Shown here piece by piece: positions 1 through 13,244 of a DNA stretch of 64,000 nucleotides. Position numbers and translations under genes: made by a program. Every line of letters begins with the position of its first letter. Positions within the stretch are counted from its first letter, which is position 1. This DNA comes from Oikopleura dioica (taxonomy: Eukaryota > Animalia > Chordata): the NCBI GenBank assembly GCA_907165135.1, contig OU015568.1, positions 7,564,001-7,628,000 on the forward strand. Reading direction: 5' to 3'. A model generated the notes under the pieces. The model did not search any database. It had not been told where the DNA came from and worked only from the letters and a program-made list of their open reading frames with translations.

Positions 1-563
1 ATATGAATTTGAAAGCAGTCAAGACTCTGTCAAGATAATCTCGAAAATAATTCTTCGAAAATCAGTATTAGCTTGTTAAATTTAATGATGAAGATCATCA
101 ATAAAAATGATATGAATTATATGCACGAAATTGCTGATAAACGCATCTGTAATGATCAGTTTTATTTTGAGCAAGAATCGGTCAGATGATGACTTCCAAT
201 ACAATAATAGGAACCATGAGAAAAGTTAGAAAGGAACAGTATTTTTGGAGACAGGGCGATTATGACGGCTAATAATCTTTTAGCGCGGTAAGTGCAGATA
301 AAAGAAATAAAAGGAAAAAAGTGAGATTGAAGATTATGTGCAACTTCTCAGTTTTTTTTTGACATGAAGAAATTAGGAGATCAGTAGGAACTAGGATGCA
401 CGGGTCGAGCAACTCGCAAACTGTGTTAAACTTGCTCAACGGATGAGGACGGCAAGGACTGGACATAGATAACTTTGTTTTCGTTTTTGAATCGGCGTAT
501 TAGATCCACGTAAACACGACACTAGAAGGTCTCATATTTTGAGTCACCAGGAGTTGTACTTAC

Positions 564-1226
564 TTGTACATACATAAAGACAAGACCACCAGTAAATCCT
601 ACGCCAACAACAATCAGTTTTGCCCAAAAAGCCCATTTCATATCACCCTCTTGCAGCTCCTGCTGTGTTTTTTCTGTAAAGATGTTAATCAAGGACGAAA
701 ATCAAGGAAAAGAACGCCTACCGATGAGTACATACAGGCTCCAGACAACTGTGCCCAGAGCAATTATGTGAAACGTGATAGACATAATAAGCTTTTTGCG
801 CTCGTTCGCAGACATTGTCAGGCTTTTCCAATTGCGAAAAGGAGGGAAGGAAGACTTCATGTCAAATCGATAGTGGCAGAGCTAGAGAAAATGCTTTACT
901 ATCAAGTAAAAGCAGGTTTATACCTCGCAGGACTTGGTATCAGCAGTGCGAACCCAACGCTCAAGACAATTCCTGTGCACCATTTTCAGTGTTCCACTGC
1001 ATTTGCACGGCGTTATCAGATCACGAGAGCCAGAAGCTGGGAAAAAGCATGTTATGCGATAGTTGATAAATGGGCGGACGTACTTTTATTTATCCCTGAA
1101 TTAGAGTGGCAAATACGGCACATTGGCTTCCCGTCTTTTAGAGATCCAGAAGAAGATCCGGAGCAGGCTGAGCTAACATTGGGGTTCACAGAGAACTTTC
1201 ATTTAGGAGAATTTTTATATCGATGA
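564..1226 (+). CDS. Uncharacterised 220-aa ORF, possibly with a short 5' intron
   Basis: Long open frame only; no family motif recognised. Confidence 0.3.
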   Translation: MYIHKDKTTSKSYANNNQFCPKSPFHITLLQLLLCFFCKDVNQGRKSRKRTPTDEYIQAPDNCAQSNYVKRDRHNKLFALVRRHCQAFPIAKRREGRLHVKSIVAELEKMLYYQVKAGLYLAGLGISSANPTLKTIPVHHFQCSTAFARRYQITRARSWEKACYAIVDKWADVLLFIPELEWQIRHIGFPSFRDPEEDPEQAELTLGFTENFHLGEFLYR

Positions 1227-1555
1227 TTTAGAACCCTTAGCATTCGTCAGAACTATCCGCGATCTTGTCGTCATGATTGCTCGAAATAGAAGACCGAAGA
1301 GGAACTTCTTCCGCATCAGCACCCTCCCCCTTTATGTCTGTCTCGATCACGATCGCCATCTTACAGCATGCTTAAAAGTTGGTGTAACAGATTGGTGCTG
1401 GAGTATTTTTTTTGAAGAATAGATGGAACTATATTTGAATTGAACTTTGAAAAGCGCTTCGAATTTGAGGGTTTGTTGAAATAAATCAGAATTAGAGAAT
1501 AAAACAAATCAGGGGCTTGTTTAGAATGGCAAGTTTAGGGGTTAGTAAGACACTT

Positions 1556-2672
1556 TTAGCTGAACTCATCGGGCTGGACCAGGACAAACTCGTTATCGCT
1601 TCCTTCTGTGCTTGAGCCATCTGAAAAGTATTTATTGTTGGCAGAACTTTGTTCGATTGAACCTTTTTTCGAACGTTTAAGAGGACCAATCGCATCAGCT
1701 ATCTGTTGCTTGAGAAGAGAGTAGTTATCTTTCAAGCTAAAATTATGATAGACCTCTGCGAAAATATCAAACAAAAACCTTTCTTTAGCCTCTTCAGCTT
1801 TGGCCGAAACGTTGTGGCCGAAATCTTCAAGCCAAGTTGGCTCCGCGGTCGGGTCGAAGTCACTTTTCCGTCTTTTATCCGCGGCCGTTTCTTCTTCTTC
1901 GTCAGATGAGCTCTCCGAGTCTGAAGGAGTCGGCGGTTCTTCCGTTATTGTAACCTTTGGAGGCGGAGTCGTTGCTTTTTTGAGCAGCGCGGCTTTTTCT
2001 TTTGCGAGTACGTCATTACTTTTAGCGATTTCTATTGATTTAATGAGACTTACAAAGAATGGAAAAACTTACCAAGGATTTTTGGTTTAAGAAGAACGGG
2101 TAGAATAGAGAAGCAGAGGAAAATGAGGTAGCAAAAGGTGAATCCAGAGAGTTGGAGACCAATGAAATAACAGACAATAAAGAATAACGAGGTAAGAGCA
2201 AGATATTTTGGGGGATCACGATGTTTCAGTTGAATAAGTTTCTAAAATAAAATGTTTATTTCGAGGAAAAGCTCTTATGTAAGAAATACGTACGATGCGG
2301 AAGGTATCGATGCGGGTGTATATTTCGGAGATGAGCAAAGCTCCTTCTGAATATGGCGGTATTTCTGGGTCAAGAGTCGTGAATTCTTTTGCGCGGAAGT
2401 ATTCTGGGTTGTTAGTTAAGAGGAGAAGGACTGTAAAAGATGGAACCTGGTGTTTGAATTTCTGGCCAAATTTTCTCTGTCCACGGTTTCTTGAGCACTT
2501 TATACGTGAGCGCCAGCGCAATTATCATAACAGGCCCTTTTGAGAGAATCCAGTTTCCGATAAACAAACAAAGATGAGCTCCAGTGAAGAAAGCTCCAGA
2601 TTTTACTGGATCTCTCCAAAGCCCGATCTCGAAGAAAGTATTGTAGCTACTTTCAGAAATGTAGAATCCCAT
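1556..2672 (-). CDS. RETREG3: Reticulophagy regulator (FAM134/RETREG family), spliced
   Basis: LWRDPVKSGAFF...WTEKIWPEIQTP resembles RETREG3 WKNKIWPEIKVP. Second hydrophobic hairpin KYLALTSLFFIVCYFIGLQLSGFTFCYLIFLCFSILPVLL. Acidic C-terminus ends in a LIR-like DNEFVLV. Introns are GT-AG. Start codon uncertain. Confidence 0.8.
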
Positions 2673-2796
2673 TTTTTCATCTAAAAAAAATAAATTTGCC
2701 TCTCTTGACATGAAAAAGTAGAGAATTGAAAATTTCAATCCAGACATTATGTAATGATGATGTTCAAGGGCAGGGACTAGGCGACTTGTAAAAGTA

Positions 2797-4047
2797 TCAA
2801 ACTCGATAGCCGAGTTTTTTCTTCTCCTTGTTTTTCTTTTTGACCACTTCGACTTGTCTATCCTTCCATGTTGATTTTCTGAGCTTGATTGGTCGATTGC
2901 CAACGTATTTTCCGTTCATCTCTCGCATCGCTTTGATGAAGTCTTCTGGGTCGCGGAAGGAAATGAACCCATATCCTTTTGATTTGCCCATTTTTGGACC
3001 TTTTTCACGAATAACTAAAATTCTTTCTAAAGTAATCATTTTCTCTTCGCCTTACCTTTTGCTTTTAAGAATGAAGGATACTTGTTGAACGCTCTGGCGA
3101 GCACATCATCAGTAACTTCGTTGCCAAGATCTCCAGCGAATATTCTGTAATCAGCAGCATCCCACTCTCCGAGAGTGTGGTCCTCCCATTTTTCTCCAGC
3201 TGCGCAGCGGATGAACTTTTTACCTCTGGCTTCTAGTTTCTTATCCATTCCAACGAATGCTGGTTTTTGACCGGACTCATTCTAGCGAAGCAATCAAAAC
3301 TGCTCGTAAAATTGCACTTACATTTTTATCAGATTTTTCTTTCTTTACTTTCTTTTTATCTTCTGGCTTTTTGGGTCCAACTGAGAATGCACTAATAGAA
3401 CTCATTAAAATTTAATCAAGACCACGAGTTACCTAGTCGGCTGCATTTCCAACTTCGCTTTGAGGTCTTTGTCGCTCATGTGCTGAACTAAAGATAGTGT
3501 TAGTCCTCGTTGATTTCTACTGATTTGAGTTACTTTTTGCTTCTTGCTCTTCTTGTTTGATTGCATAAGATTTTGGAGCGCTCTCAACTGCGGCTTCCTT
3601 CTTCAAAGAAAACGCTTGCTTCTCATTTCCAAAGAACGGCGTCACATTAACCTTCTCCAGACCAATTTTCCTAGGTCCAGTATCTTCGTTTTTCCTCATG
3701 AATGGAGCAACCCATTCATTTTTAACCGGTGCTGCACTAATCGTTGCATTAGCTAAGTGCGTATCTTGTGGAATCGTCGCTGGATCGAGCTACAGTATAA
3801 TATACTTTACTTTTTTCCTTTTTGCTATCGCTGCTTTATCGCGATCTAAAGATAAAAGTCCATACAGCAGTAATTGATAACTAACCTCTATCTTTTGAAC
3901 TTTGGGCTTCAACGAGGAAAACATATTTGTCCTATTTGCATATGCCGCTGGCAACCCCCGCTTTCGGGGAGCAACTGGGGCCGGCTCTGGGGCAGCAGCC
4001 GGGATGTCAGAAACTTCTGACATAAATTTCGCGAATTCATCGTCCAT
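2797..4047 (-). CDS. RBM42: RNA-binding motif protein 42, spliced
   Basis: WEDHTLGEWDAADYRIFAGDLGNEVTDDVLARAF...KAK|VIREK...GYGFISFRDPEDFIKAMREMNGKYVGNRPIKLRKSTWKDR. All introns GT-AG and in frame. Confidence 0.93.
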
Positions 4048-4284
4048 ATCTTAGAAATCGATCGTTGGAATATTATAAATACAGAATGAGCTTTTATAAA
4101 AACATATTGGAACAGAAGATAGTTGAATACATTAAATTTTAAGGCGTAAATGGTTGAAAGAAGAATATGAAGATTCTGAGCGGCGAAAGTTTTATACAGA
4201 AAATAGAAAGTAAAATCGCGATTATTACAATAATAGAAAGAATTGAAGATGAACATAAGATATTATTTAATTTCAAAGCGAAAG

Positions 4285-6470
4285 CTACAGTTCCCAACTG
4301 AACAGTTCATGCGTGTTGTCAAGCTCTTCGAGATACTCTCGTGATGCCTGGTTGGTGAAGAAGATAGGACACAATGTACTACGCGAGGTGACCTCGAAAT
4401 GGAAGAATAGATAGCTCAAAGGCTTCAGGAGACAGCTGATTTGTTCATATCCTGGTGAGCCGACGAATGATTGATCGGTGTACCAGCTCTTTACAATTTC
4501 TTCTGAAGAGTTAATATTCAAATCGTTGTTGTTGGCCTTGAAAATACCTTGTGAGCAAATAAAATCCCACCAAGTATGGATGGATCCTCTCTTTAGCCCG
4601 TGCAAGATCCAAGTAAAAAATTTCTCTTCAGTAGTAGCTGATGGGGCCAAATCAATCTTTCTGAGCAAAGCAACAAGCTCTGAGAGCTCATCATTTGTGC
4701 GCATTCCATCGGCCATTTGAAGGGAAAACGAGCGCCCAATCGTTTGTCGATTTGTCTTCAGTCGATAATTCTTAAATTTGGAGGCAAAGTAAGTGAGGAA
4801 TTGCCATGAGTGCGTGAGCTTCTTTTTTGGCAGCAGTCCGTGCATAAAAACGAGATTGAGAGAGACAAGGAGCATTTCAACGATGATTTTGACGAGCTTC
4901 GGATTTTGAATAAGATCGCCCTTTTGATCGTACTCAAGGCGGGACTCATCGATAACAGACTTTTAGACGGGGTCATTTTACTGATAGATATTGAATCAAG
5001 TGGAGACAAAAGAAAGTTAACTCTAGGATAAAAAAGACCGTTCACAGAATACTCGACGGAAACCAGCGCATATGCCCATCCGACTCTGATTTACCCAGCC
5101 AATATTTTTCATCACTTTGATCACAGATTTCAATTATCTCATCAGTCAGCGCTCTCACTTCACCAGTGTCTAAGTCCTCAAAGTCTTCGAGCACCTTTGC
5201 TCGAACCACCATTTCCTTGGCTGAGCTCCGAGATCGTTCCCTGTTGTAATCAAGAAAATCGTTAAGCTGCTTATCAAAGTGCCGGCAAATGGCGTCAACA
5301 GCGGCGCGGATTGATAAAACAACTTCAGCTTGCTTGAGATGCGGCGAGAGATGCGTGAAGTTTTGCTCAACAGGATTGAGATCATCTTCCTTTAGCTCAA
5401 TGATGATTTTCTTTACCGGAGCTTGGCGAGCCTTAGCCGTTATTTTCTTCCGGTAATGGGCGAGAGTCTCAGTTTTTAATTTTATGCAGTCGAAATCGAT
5501 GAAGAGTTCGTCTTTGCGGATTCTTTGGGGAAGACTTGCAAGGAACTTGAACCCGTCACTGGAAAAAGGCATGGCGATCAAGTCATCTTCGTAATGCCTG
5601 ATAAATATTTTAGCAAAACAGCAACTGGAATCAAACTTACCTCAGAAGAAAAAGCGACATTGAGTGAATTGCTGAGAAGCCCCTGTACAACATCACATCC
5701 CAGACTCGATAGACCATTACTGGCGGCAACACGCCGGCAAATAAGGTCACCAGCCAATTGATTGATACCAGCGTAATGTCGACATCTCGCTCGTTCAAGA
5801 ACTCGTCAGTAAGTGGAAGCTTCTGCTTGACGAGCTTGCGGAGAAGTTTTTGCTCGACTCGGAGGCCTGTGAGCTCTTCGCTATAATACTTTTCAGGGAG
5901 AATGTTTGAGAGGATGTGGACGGTCACCCAAAAGGCTTCCTCTTCTTCTAAGATCAATAGAAGGTAGCCGACGAGCATACCCATTCCCTGGCAGTAGCCA
6001 TAGTGAGGTAAATGTAGGCGAATGGCGTTGAGGACTCGGCGGAGGGACTGAACTCCTCGATCTTGCAGTTTTCGAAAGTAATAATTGTCAGGAAGCGCTC
6101 GAAGCAAATCTTTCTCAATAGCACGATCGCTTGGGCCCGAGTTCTCCACCAACTCAACATAAGAAAGCTTTGACCCCGCCTTCATCGACGAAACATTACA
6201 CAGAATCGGGTAGATAAAGCCGTGCAGGCCAAATGGAACACCCTCGCATAGTAATTGATCTAAATGAGCGGAAGACTCGAGGGGATCGGTGTGTTGATTC
6301 CAGGAGGAGCCAAGAGTATGCTCGAGGAATCGAATCCAACGCTGAGTCTGGGGAACTTGATCGAGGAAATATGTTTTTGCCCCATCTCGGAGAGCAAAGC
6401 CTAATTCATCGAATCCCTCAGCGGGTAATTTTGACGCACGAAGCGATTCGACAACAACAGAACATGACAT
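4285..6470 (-). CDS. SGSM3: TBC-SH3-RUN small G protein signalling modulator 3, spliced
   Basis: TBC motifs IEKDLLR and GYCQGMG in ORF 5637-6668; SH3 (WLGK...WFP) in ORF 5042-5581; RUN domain (WYTDQSFVGSPGYEQISCLLKPL) in ORF 4285-4875. Confidence 0.88.
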
Positions 6471-6664
6471 TTCTGAACAAAATTTTGGATCGACACTTAT
6501 AAAAATGATTTTTTTTATAAAAATAGTAAGAAACTGAAAAAATAGAATCATTAACACTGGTAAGTGAGCAAAACGGAGGCACAGGGGAGACAGATGGTGA
6601 TTTGAGGATTCGGAAAAACAGAAAAAGTTCATTCTGAAGGAAGCATCTTCTTCGAAACTGATCT

Positions 6665-8996
6665 TCATTGGAGATATTGAGTGAGGGCTATTCTCAGGGA
6701 GTCTTCCTTAACTCTTTGGCGTTGCTGATGCTCGGCGAGCTGGCTCGTTGCGTGATGAAGCTCTTGCCTAAAAAGACCATAAGTTCTTTGGACTTTGGAT
6801 CTATAAGGATTTCTTATTGGCCCAAAGAGGCTGAATGATATATCCTCGATACGCTTTGCTAGCGAATGTCTCAATGATTCTGACTGGCCAGACATGAGGC
6901 TTGAAATAAACTCGGACAACCCTAAGTAACGTGACTCTCGCGGCGTCTACTTTTCTTTCTAACCGGGGACAAATGTCTTCCATCAAATGATCATGTACAA
7001 ACCTGAGCTTATCGGCTTCCGCGCGAACAGCAGTGATCGCATTTAGGTGGTCTTCTTTCATTTCAACAAGTTGTGCGTTTGCTTTTTCTAGCGCCTTTTT
7101 GGTGGGCTCGATCGAGTTCTCTGTCGTCCTCAGTTGACTCGTTAGGCGATCACGCGAATCTTCGTTGCATTTCATTCGCGTTTGAAGATCTTCAATCTGT
7201 GTTCTGAACCGCTATTCTTATAGCCTGATTAACCTACTATCGCGAACCTGGAAGCGTCGAGGGCGCGATCAGAGGCGATTCGTTGGGATCTCTCCTTTTC
7301 CAGTACAGTCTCAACTTGTTTGATACCTCCGTCTCTTTGCTGCTTGAGATTGAACTCCATTTCTTTTCGCGCAGTCTAAGAATTAATTCAGTCTTAGCAT
7401 GTTTCTTCGCGTTAAATCTTGTGACTACTGATACAATTCTTGTTGACAAGAGTTTGAGACCAATCTTCAAATTCATGATGACTGTCACAAGATCAAAATT
7501 CGTCACATTACAAAGATTAACACGTCACTAAAAATTGTACTTACAGTCGATTCCTCCTGGTACTGACGGTGCGCAAGGGTGAGTTCGGCGAGTTGCTGGC
7601 GAAGTGAGACGCACTCCTCTTCATTTGCGCGTTTCGCTGCACGCTCTCGCTCTACGTTTTCGTTTGCGCGATTGAGATTACGCTGAAAGTGCATTTCGTC
7701 GTTTTCGCGAGTCTCCGTTGCATTTCGGCGCTCACTCTCGATGTCTTAGAAAAGAAATATGCTAAGATTTATTCAATTTTTCTTACTTTTATGAAGATTT
7801 TCAATTTCCAATTTGAAGCTTCTCGCATCCCTCACAGCATTATCTCTCTCTGCCTCTGTCTCTAACAGCTTTTTCTTGAGCAAATCCTTTTCATGATTCG
7901 CTTCCTCTGTGGCCATCCTGCCTCTCTGTTTTAGGTCGTCAATCTCGACTTGCTGCTTCTGAGCAATTTCTTTTGATTCTTGCCGGTAAAGTCGCATTTC
8001 TTCGGCCGCTTGTGCTAAAAGAGCATCTTTTTCGATGAGCTGGCTTTCGGCGATCTCGAGTTTTGAACGAAGCTGGATGAGAATCTCCTTTGTGTCCCAC
8101 AGATCACCCTCTATCTTCGTTTTCTCTCTTCGGCCAATACTCAGCTGACCCTCGAGCTTTTGCGTCTCCGACATTGCCATATTTTTTGTCATTTCGAGCT
8201 CATTGAGAAGGAATGAGGCTTCTTTGTGCCCCCGGAGAACTGCTTCTGAGTGACACCTGTTTCGCTCGCAAATCACTCTGAGCGAAATTAATTAGTTTGT
8301 GCCTCCGTGGCCTCTTGCCAATTACAGTTAAATCCTATGCAGCAGATTCTCACTTTGTTCATTCTCATTCACAAAGCTAGAGAAAATGGATTTTTACGAA
8401 CCTGATCGAGTCAACCAAGTCTTTCGACAGACCATTTCCTTCCAGCAATAGCTCCTCGATTGTACTGTTGTGTTTGATTGCGTCTACAATTTCTCTGCCG
8501 CCCGAAGCACCGATTCTATTCCATCGCAAATCAAGGCATCTAATCGGCGGGTTTGCTGCAATCAATTGCGCAATACTCTGCCCATGCGAGTTACCAAGCT
8601 GATTGTTTCGAGATCAACTTTTGTAATACTTCTACTGTTGGTGATTGCGTTGCAGAGCTCTTCAAATTCGAACTCGCAATTACCAAGCGAGTTCCATTCC
8701 ATGATGATTGTGTGCAACGTCGTGCATTTTCGGACGAGCCCTGCCAAAGCAGAAACTGATTTGCCCCGAAGATCGTTTCCCCTCACGTCAAGAACCGAAA
8801 GTCCAGAAAGAACATTGAAGAGCTTCTCCGCGGCGGATGGATCTAGCAAGCAGTCGGCGAGCACAAGATGAGTGACTGGTTTTGTCTTGAGGACCTCAGC
8901 GAGTCCTTTGATATCGCTGTTGAGCGCAAGGCCGGATAAATCCAATGTTCCGGCGCATGTGTCGAGACGATTTCCTAGCTCCATACTCACCACCAT
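6665..8996 (-). CDS. LRRC45: LRRC45 (N-terminal LRRs plus long coiled coil), with an apparent 1-nt frameshift near 8610
   Basis: LVLADCLL, LDVRGNDLR, IMEWNSLG and LDLRWNRIG match the LRRC45 repeats. Coiled-coil exons end SLRIALTQYLQ. Confidence 0.85.
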
Positions 8997-9144
8997 TTTT
9001 GCTTATTTCTGAATATATATGATCTTTAGCAATCAACGGCTTAAGCGCACCGAAGCATGTATGACGTATCAGTACTAAAAGCACATAAAAGATTGGAAAG
9101 TTAGAACGCATCAAGTAACGCTCCAGCGAAACAGAAAATGAAAG

Positions 9145-10313
9145 CTATGCTATTTTAATTAACTTCATCGGATCAATAGCCGGTTCTTTTCGGAAGAGTA
9201 CTTTCGTTAGTTTCCTACAGCCCCAGCAGCAGAGAACAACCGCCAGTGCGCAGTTTCCACCTATCATGGAAACTACAAGCGGCCAGTTGACGGGCTCTTG
9301 CTCGGGCGTTCTATTCAACTCGTCCAGGTCCTTTTTCGTAACCATTTTCTCGTTGTACAACCGCGTGATGCCTTTCTGATGTCCGATACCGACGACAGCG
9401 ACAATCACAGGCGGCACGAGTCCACTTTCGCTAATATCTTTCGGGACTTTTTGGGGCGAGCGCGCCGTCGCTTGGAGCATGCCTGTCAGATAAATGTCCC
9501 GTTCGTCGAGAATCACTCTTGCCGCACTTGGATAGCCCACTTTCATTTCTTCCATTAACTTTTCTAATGTGTCTTCTTGCTTCATTTCTTCGATTTCTTC
9601 TTCTTTGACCCAGAGGCTGTCCCAAATTGTGCCCGCAACGAAGCGTATCTTTTCCCAAGTGGACATAGCCGCTGTAAGCCGCCGAAAAGTCACTGACATT
9701 CTTCGATCGCCCAGGACAACTTTGCAATTGGGCACTCTGTCACATTGCTGCTTGGCGAAGCGAAACTCGCCGCCGGGTATTGTTTGCAGCTCGTGTTTAG
9801 CGTGGTCCGTCGCGCCCATAAGCGAAAGTTGGACAAGAGCAGCACCGATTCCTTTTGCCTTCGCCATATTGACCAGATCTGACCAGGTAATGTCGGGTTG
9901 ATCCATGATCGCCTTTTCTGACATGTACATTAATCCTTGCCGCTCATTGCAAAGCTCGACCATCACGCGATCCGGCTTCACGCGATCAATTATCTCTGCA
10001 TATTGCATGTTAGACAAGTTACTAATGGAATCATAAATCACCTAATACTTGATGATTCGAATCACGGCTCAAATGAGCAGTTCCAACCACATAAATCGTC
10101 GCCCCATTTCGATCTTTTATAAGCTTGATTTCAGACGGAAGTTCGGATTCTCTTGGAAGCTCTCTGGATCTGTAACGAATTCCAGCCTGCGCTCGTGTGG
10201 AAGAGGGCTCTTTTGTTATCTCGTGATGCTCACTAATGACATGAGTCTTCGTTGATTTCAATAATGGAACATTACCTTGGTAAATGAACGATATCGACTG
10301 GCCGGTGCCTCAT
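9145..10313 (-). CDS. TRABD: TraB domain-containing protein, spliced
   Basis: IYVVGTAHLS, VKPDRVMVELC, PGGEFRFA, VVLGDRRMSVTFRR, DERDIYL, VVAVVGIGH, and a C-terminal hydrophobic anchor. Confidence 0.9.
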
Positions 10314-10622
10314 CGAGCTCAAAAATATTGGAAGGAAAACATTAGAGCTCTGGAGCGGAGTGCTAAAACGCTGTTTTGCTTGAAGTTCCATTTCAAGGCC
10401 GATTTTACGATCTAGAAGTACGAAAATTTGTTTATTGATGAACGGTTATGTTGTCAGAATATTGTAACAGAACTTTTTGGGATTTAGAATTCAGAAAAAT
10501 GAAATACAAAAGTGTAGAATAGCAGAATAGAAGAACGAGGTATTTGAGGGCTGAGAGGTTTTTGAATAGTTTCAATGTCACTGATAGGCACATAATGTCG
10601 ATTTTGTTTTCACTTTCATTTG

Positions 10623-11570
10623 TTAGATTTTCCACGCTCCGAGGAAGCCCGTGATGGAGGAGAAGTACCCAGACTGGATGTTCATATCGGAAAACGAGTC
10701 TGGCAAGTCAGTAATGTTCAGTGCTTCCCATTGCTCCGCGATTTCGCTCTCGATTTCGAGAAGGTTTCCTTTGAAGAATATTTAGACGAATAAAATGGCA
10801 AGCTTTTACCAGAAATCTGCGGAAGTGAGTTGACAAGCTCCGCCGACAGAAAACAAAGATGAGGAGGAAGATTTGTGCATGTCACAGTCAAATTCATGTT
10901 CACTGCTATTCCAAGCTAAATTGATGACATCAGTAAATGACAAAAAGTTGTTATTACCTGTTCATCATCGAGCGTAATTGACGATGTTTTTGGGCCGACG
11001 CTGATTGGCAATGGTCGGGAATACGGACCTAATCAATTATATTTTGATTTATGCATTTTTAAACGCTGAGCACCTGCAAATGAAGAAATCAAATTTGACA
11101 ACTGAATGATTCGTCTTAATTTATGACGGTCGATCGAAGCCTGGAACTCTTCGGGCTCCTCTTCTGGAAGTGGCTCGGGAGCGGCTCCAAAGTAAATAGA
11201 CGGCATCATGGACATCATCATTGAATTAGGCTGCGGAGTCGGAACGCGGCGAATTTCGAATTCTGATGTTGAAAGACCGAGAATTTCTAATAAACCACTT
11301 AGAAAATGCTTTTTAAAACTGCGTTACCGATCGCTTCTTGTTGTCTCTGCTCGATTAGAGGTTGTTTCAGGGGAATACGATTGATAGTATCGAATTTTCT
11401 GCTTTTTATGTGATGAGGATAGGCTTTTTCTAGAGTTAAAAGACTGTTGTTTGCAAGAGATCAAAGTGAATCGGTAAAAATCGGTAAAATGAAGGAGTTT
11501 TTCCTCAACCTAAAAGCGAGTATCCGCGAGTTCTTTGGTGCTCCGAATTCTCGTGTCAGCAGTACTATGG
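10623..11570 (-). CDS. Spliced gene, tentatively ATG14-like (core plus BATS-like C-terminus)
   Basis: Exons join by GT-AG into EQRQQEAIEILGLSTSEFEIRRV, IIQLSNLISSFAG and EQWEALNITDLPD...GYFSSITGFLGAWKI*. These weakly resemble ATG14 segments. The 5' end is unresolved. Confidence 0.4.
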
Positions 11571-11699
11571 ATTTTCACGGCTACAGGTAGCTCTACTGTA
11601 TTTCAATGTATTGATTACATTATAATTTATATATTATTTATATACCATATCATTATAAATTATAAATTTATAATTCAATCAATCGATTAGATATTCATT

Positions 11700-12391
11700 G
11701 ACATCGTCAAACTCGAGTGAAAATCAACTTCGAGGCTCGGACAGCAGAGTAAGCAGAACCAGTGCCGACTCTAAAGATGTGAAATTCAACAGGGCCTACA
11801 GATCTCGAGCTCGATCTCTGACAAAAGAGCAAATTCAAGGTCGGTATATTTTCGAAAATAAAATTTATCAACCATTTTAAGCTGAAATCGAAGAATACGA
11901 AGCAGAAAAACTCCTATCCGGATCTTTAACCAGTGAGCAAATAGTCTAAGTGCAAAATTGCTTTCAATCATTATTTTCCTATTTTTCAATAAATGTACTT
12001 CATCACCGATCCAATAATTCACGAGCTCGCGTGTTTTGTATTCGATCTTGTGAATTTTCTTTTCGCAGTCGACCTTTTCGATCGTAGCGAGTTTATTTTT
12101 GGCAGACTTTGCTTCCATATTCTCGCGAGTAAGCATCCTGAAGCCATCTTTCAAACTTTCAATACTGAAATATCGCGTCACAATTTCAAAACAAAGAAGA
12201 GGAGAAAACCTATTTTTGACGCGTTCGATTTCAGCTTTTATTTCGTTGATTCTAGCGTGCTTTTCCGTTGCACGATCCCACTGACGGCCTCTTCTTGCGC
12301 GCTCTTGTTTCACACTTTTCAACTTTCTGACCAAGTCCGTGATCGGCTTCTCTATTACTGTCTCTGACTTATGACATAAATCACAACCCAT
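11700..12391 (-). CDS. Coiled-coil protein with N-terminal CxxC; may be the 5' part of the ATG14-like gene
   Basis: ORF 11786-12391 starts MGCDLCHK and is K/E/R-rich and helical. A tttag acceptor lies 7 nt before the ATG. Confidence 0.5.
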
Positions 12392-12562
12392 CCGAATTCT
12401 AAATTATTCGAATTCACAAAAGCAATTTTTAGCAAAAATAAAAGTATATTTTGAGGTACAAAAATAGGATCTGAAAATTTCAAAAAACAGACAAATAAAA
12501 TGGACATCTGACGTTGGCTTTTGCCAGCACGGGTTAGGTCTGAGCTGTCTGGACGTCTCGAA

Positions 12563-13244
12563 CTAGTGTTTTAGAAAGTCGAATTCCCCTGGGTTCAGTG
12601 GCACTGTTATTGTCAACTGAAGATTATTCTGAAACAAAAGCAAAAAGAGGGAGACAGTCTACCTCGCATTTTTTGGAACACCATTTTGCTCGAGCAGCTG
12701 GAGAATTTACCGAGCGCGGCAGGATGTGTCGTAAAACGCTAAATTTTATGCTCGAATTAATGAATCAACAATAAAGCTAGACTTACTAATTAGGAGTTGA
12801 TAAATTGATCTCTGTGTCCGTCACATCTAACTCTATTCCACTCATATCCTTCTCTTTTGGCAAATGAAAGGTCATTCTCAGCCCATCTGAGCTTGTTGTC
12901 CCCGGATCCTTAGTCCCCATTCCCAAGAAAATATCTTCCGCGCCAACCATTTGGACATACGTATCTTTCACATCAGGCCTCTCTCGCGGGTCATACTGGT
13001 CAATCAACGTATTGTCTTCATCTTCTCCCCAAATGTCTTTCGAGGTCGTCTTTTTTGGCTCTTCGCTCTCGGTGGAGGACGAAGCGAATGGTTTAGCTTT
13101 GGGGATGTCTTTGTGGGGAAGGATCTGTTTTTGATTAGAGCCGAAAGACGCGGGAGTGAGACCAGGATTTGTAGCCTTTGGGGACTCTTCTTCCTTCTGG
13201 CCTTGGGCGAAGATGTCTTGCAGTTTCGTTATGTCGAAGTCCAT
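12563..13244 (-). CDS. DNAAF6: Dynein axonemal assembly factor 6 / PIH1D3, spliced
   Basis: DIWGEDE...YDPRERP...QMVGAEDIFLGM...IELDVTDTEINLSTP, then two short GT-AG exons ending LQLTITVPLNPGEFDFLKH*. Confidence 0.85.

Noticed and set aside
6770-7001. Apparent frameshift at the LRRC45 3' end (ORFs 6665-6919 and 6801-7175)
   Set aside because: One GT-AG intron joins DKLR to QELHH in frame.
11715-11760. In-frame TGA in ESALVLLTLLSEPRS*FSLEFDDV as possible selenocysteine
   Set aside because: The coding frame is not established, no SECIS was recognised and there is no selenoprotein motif.
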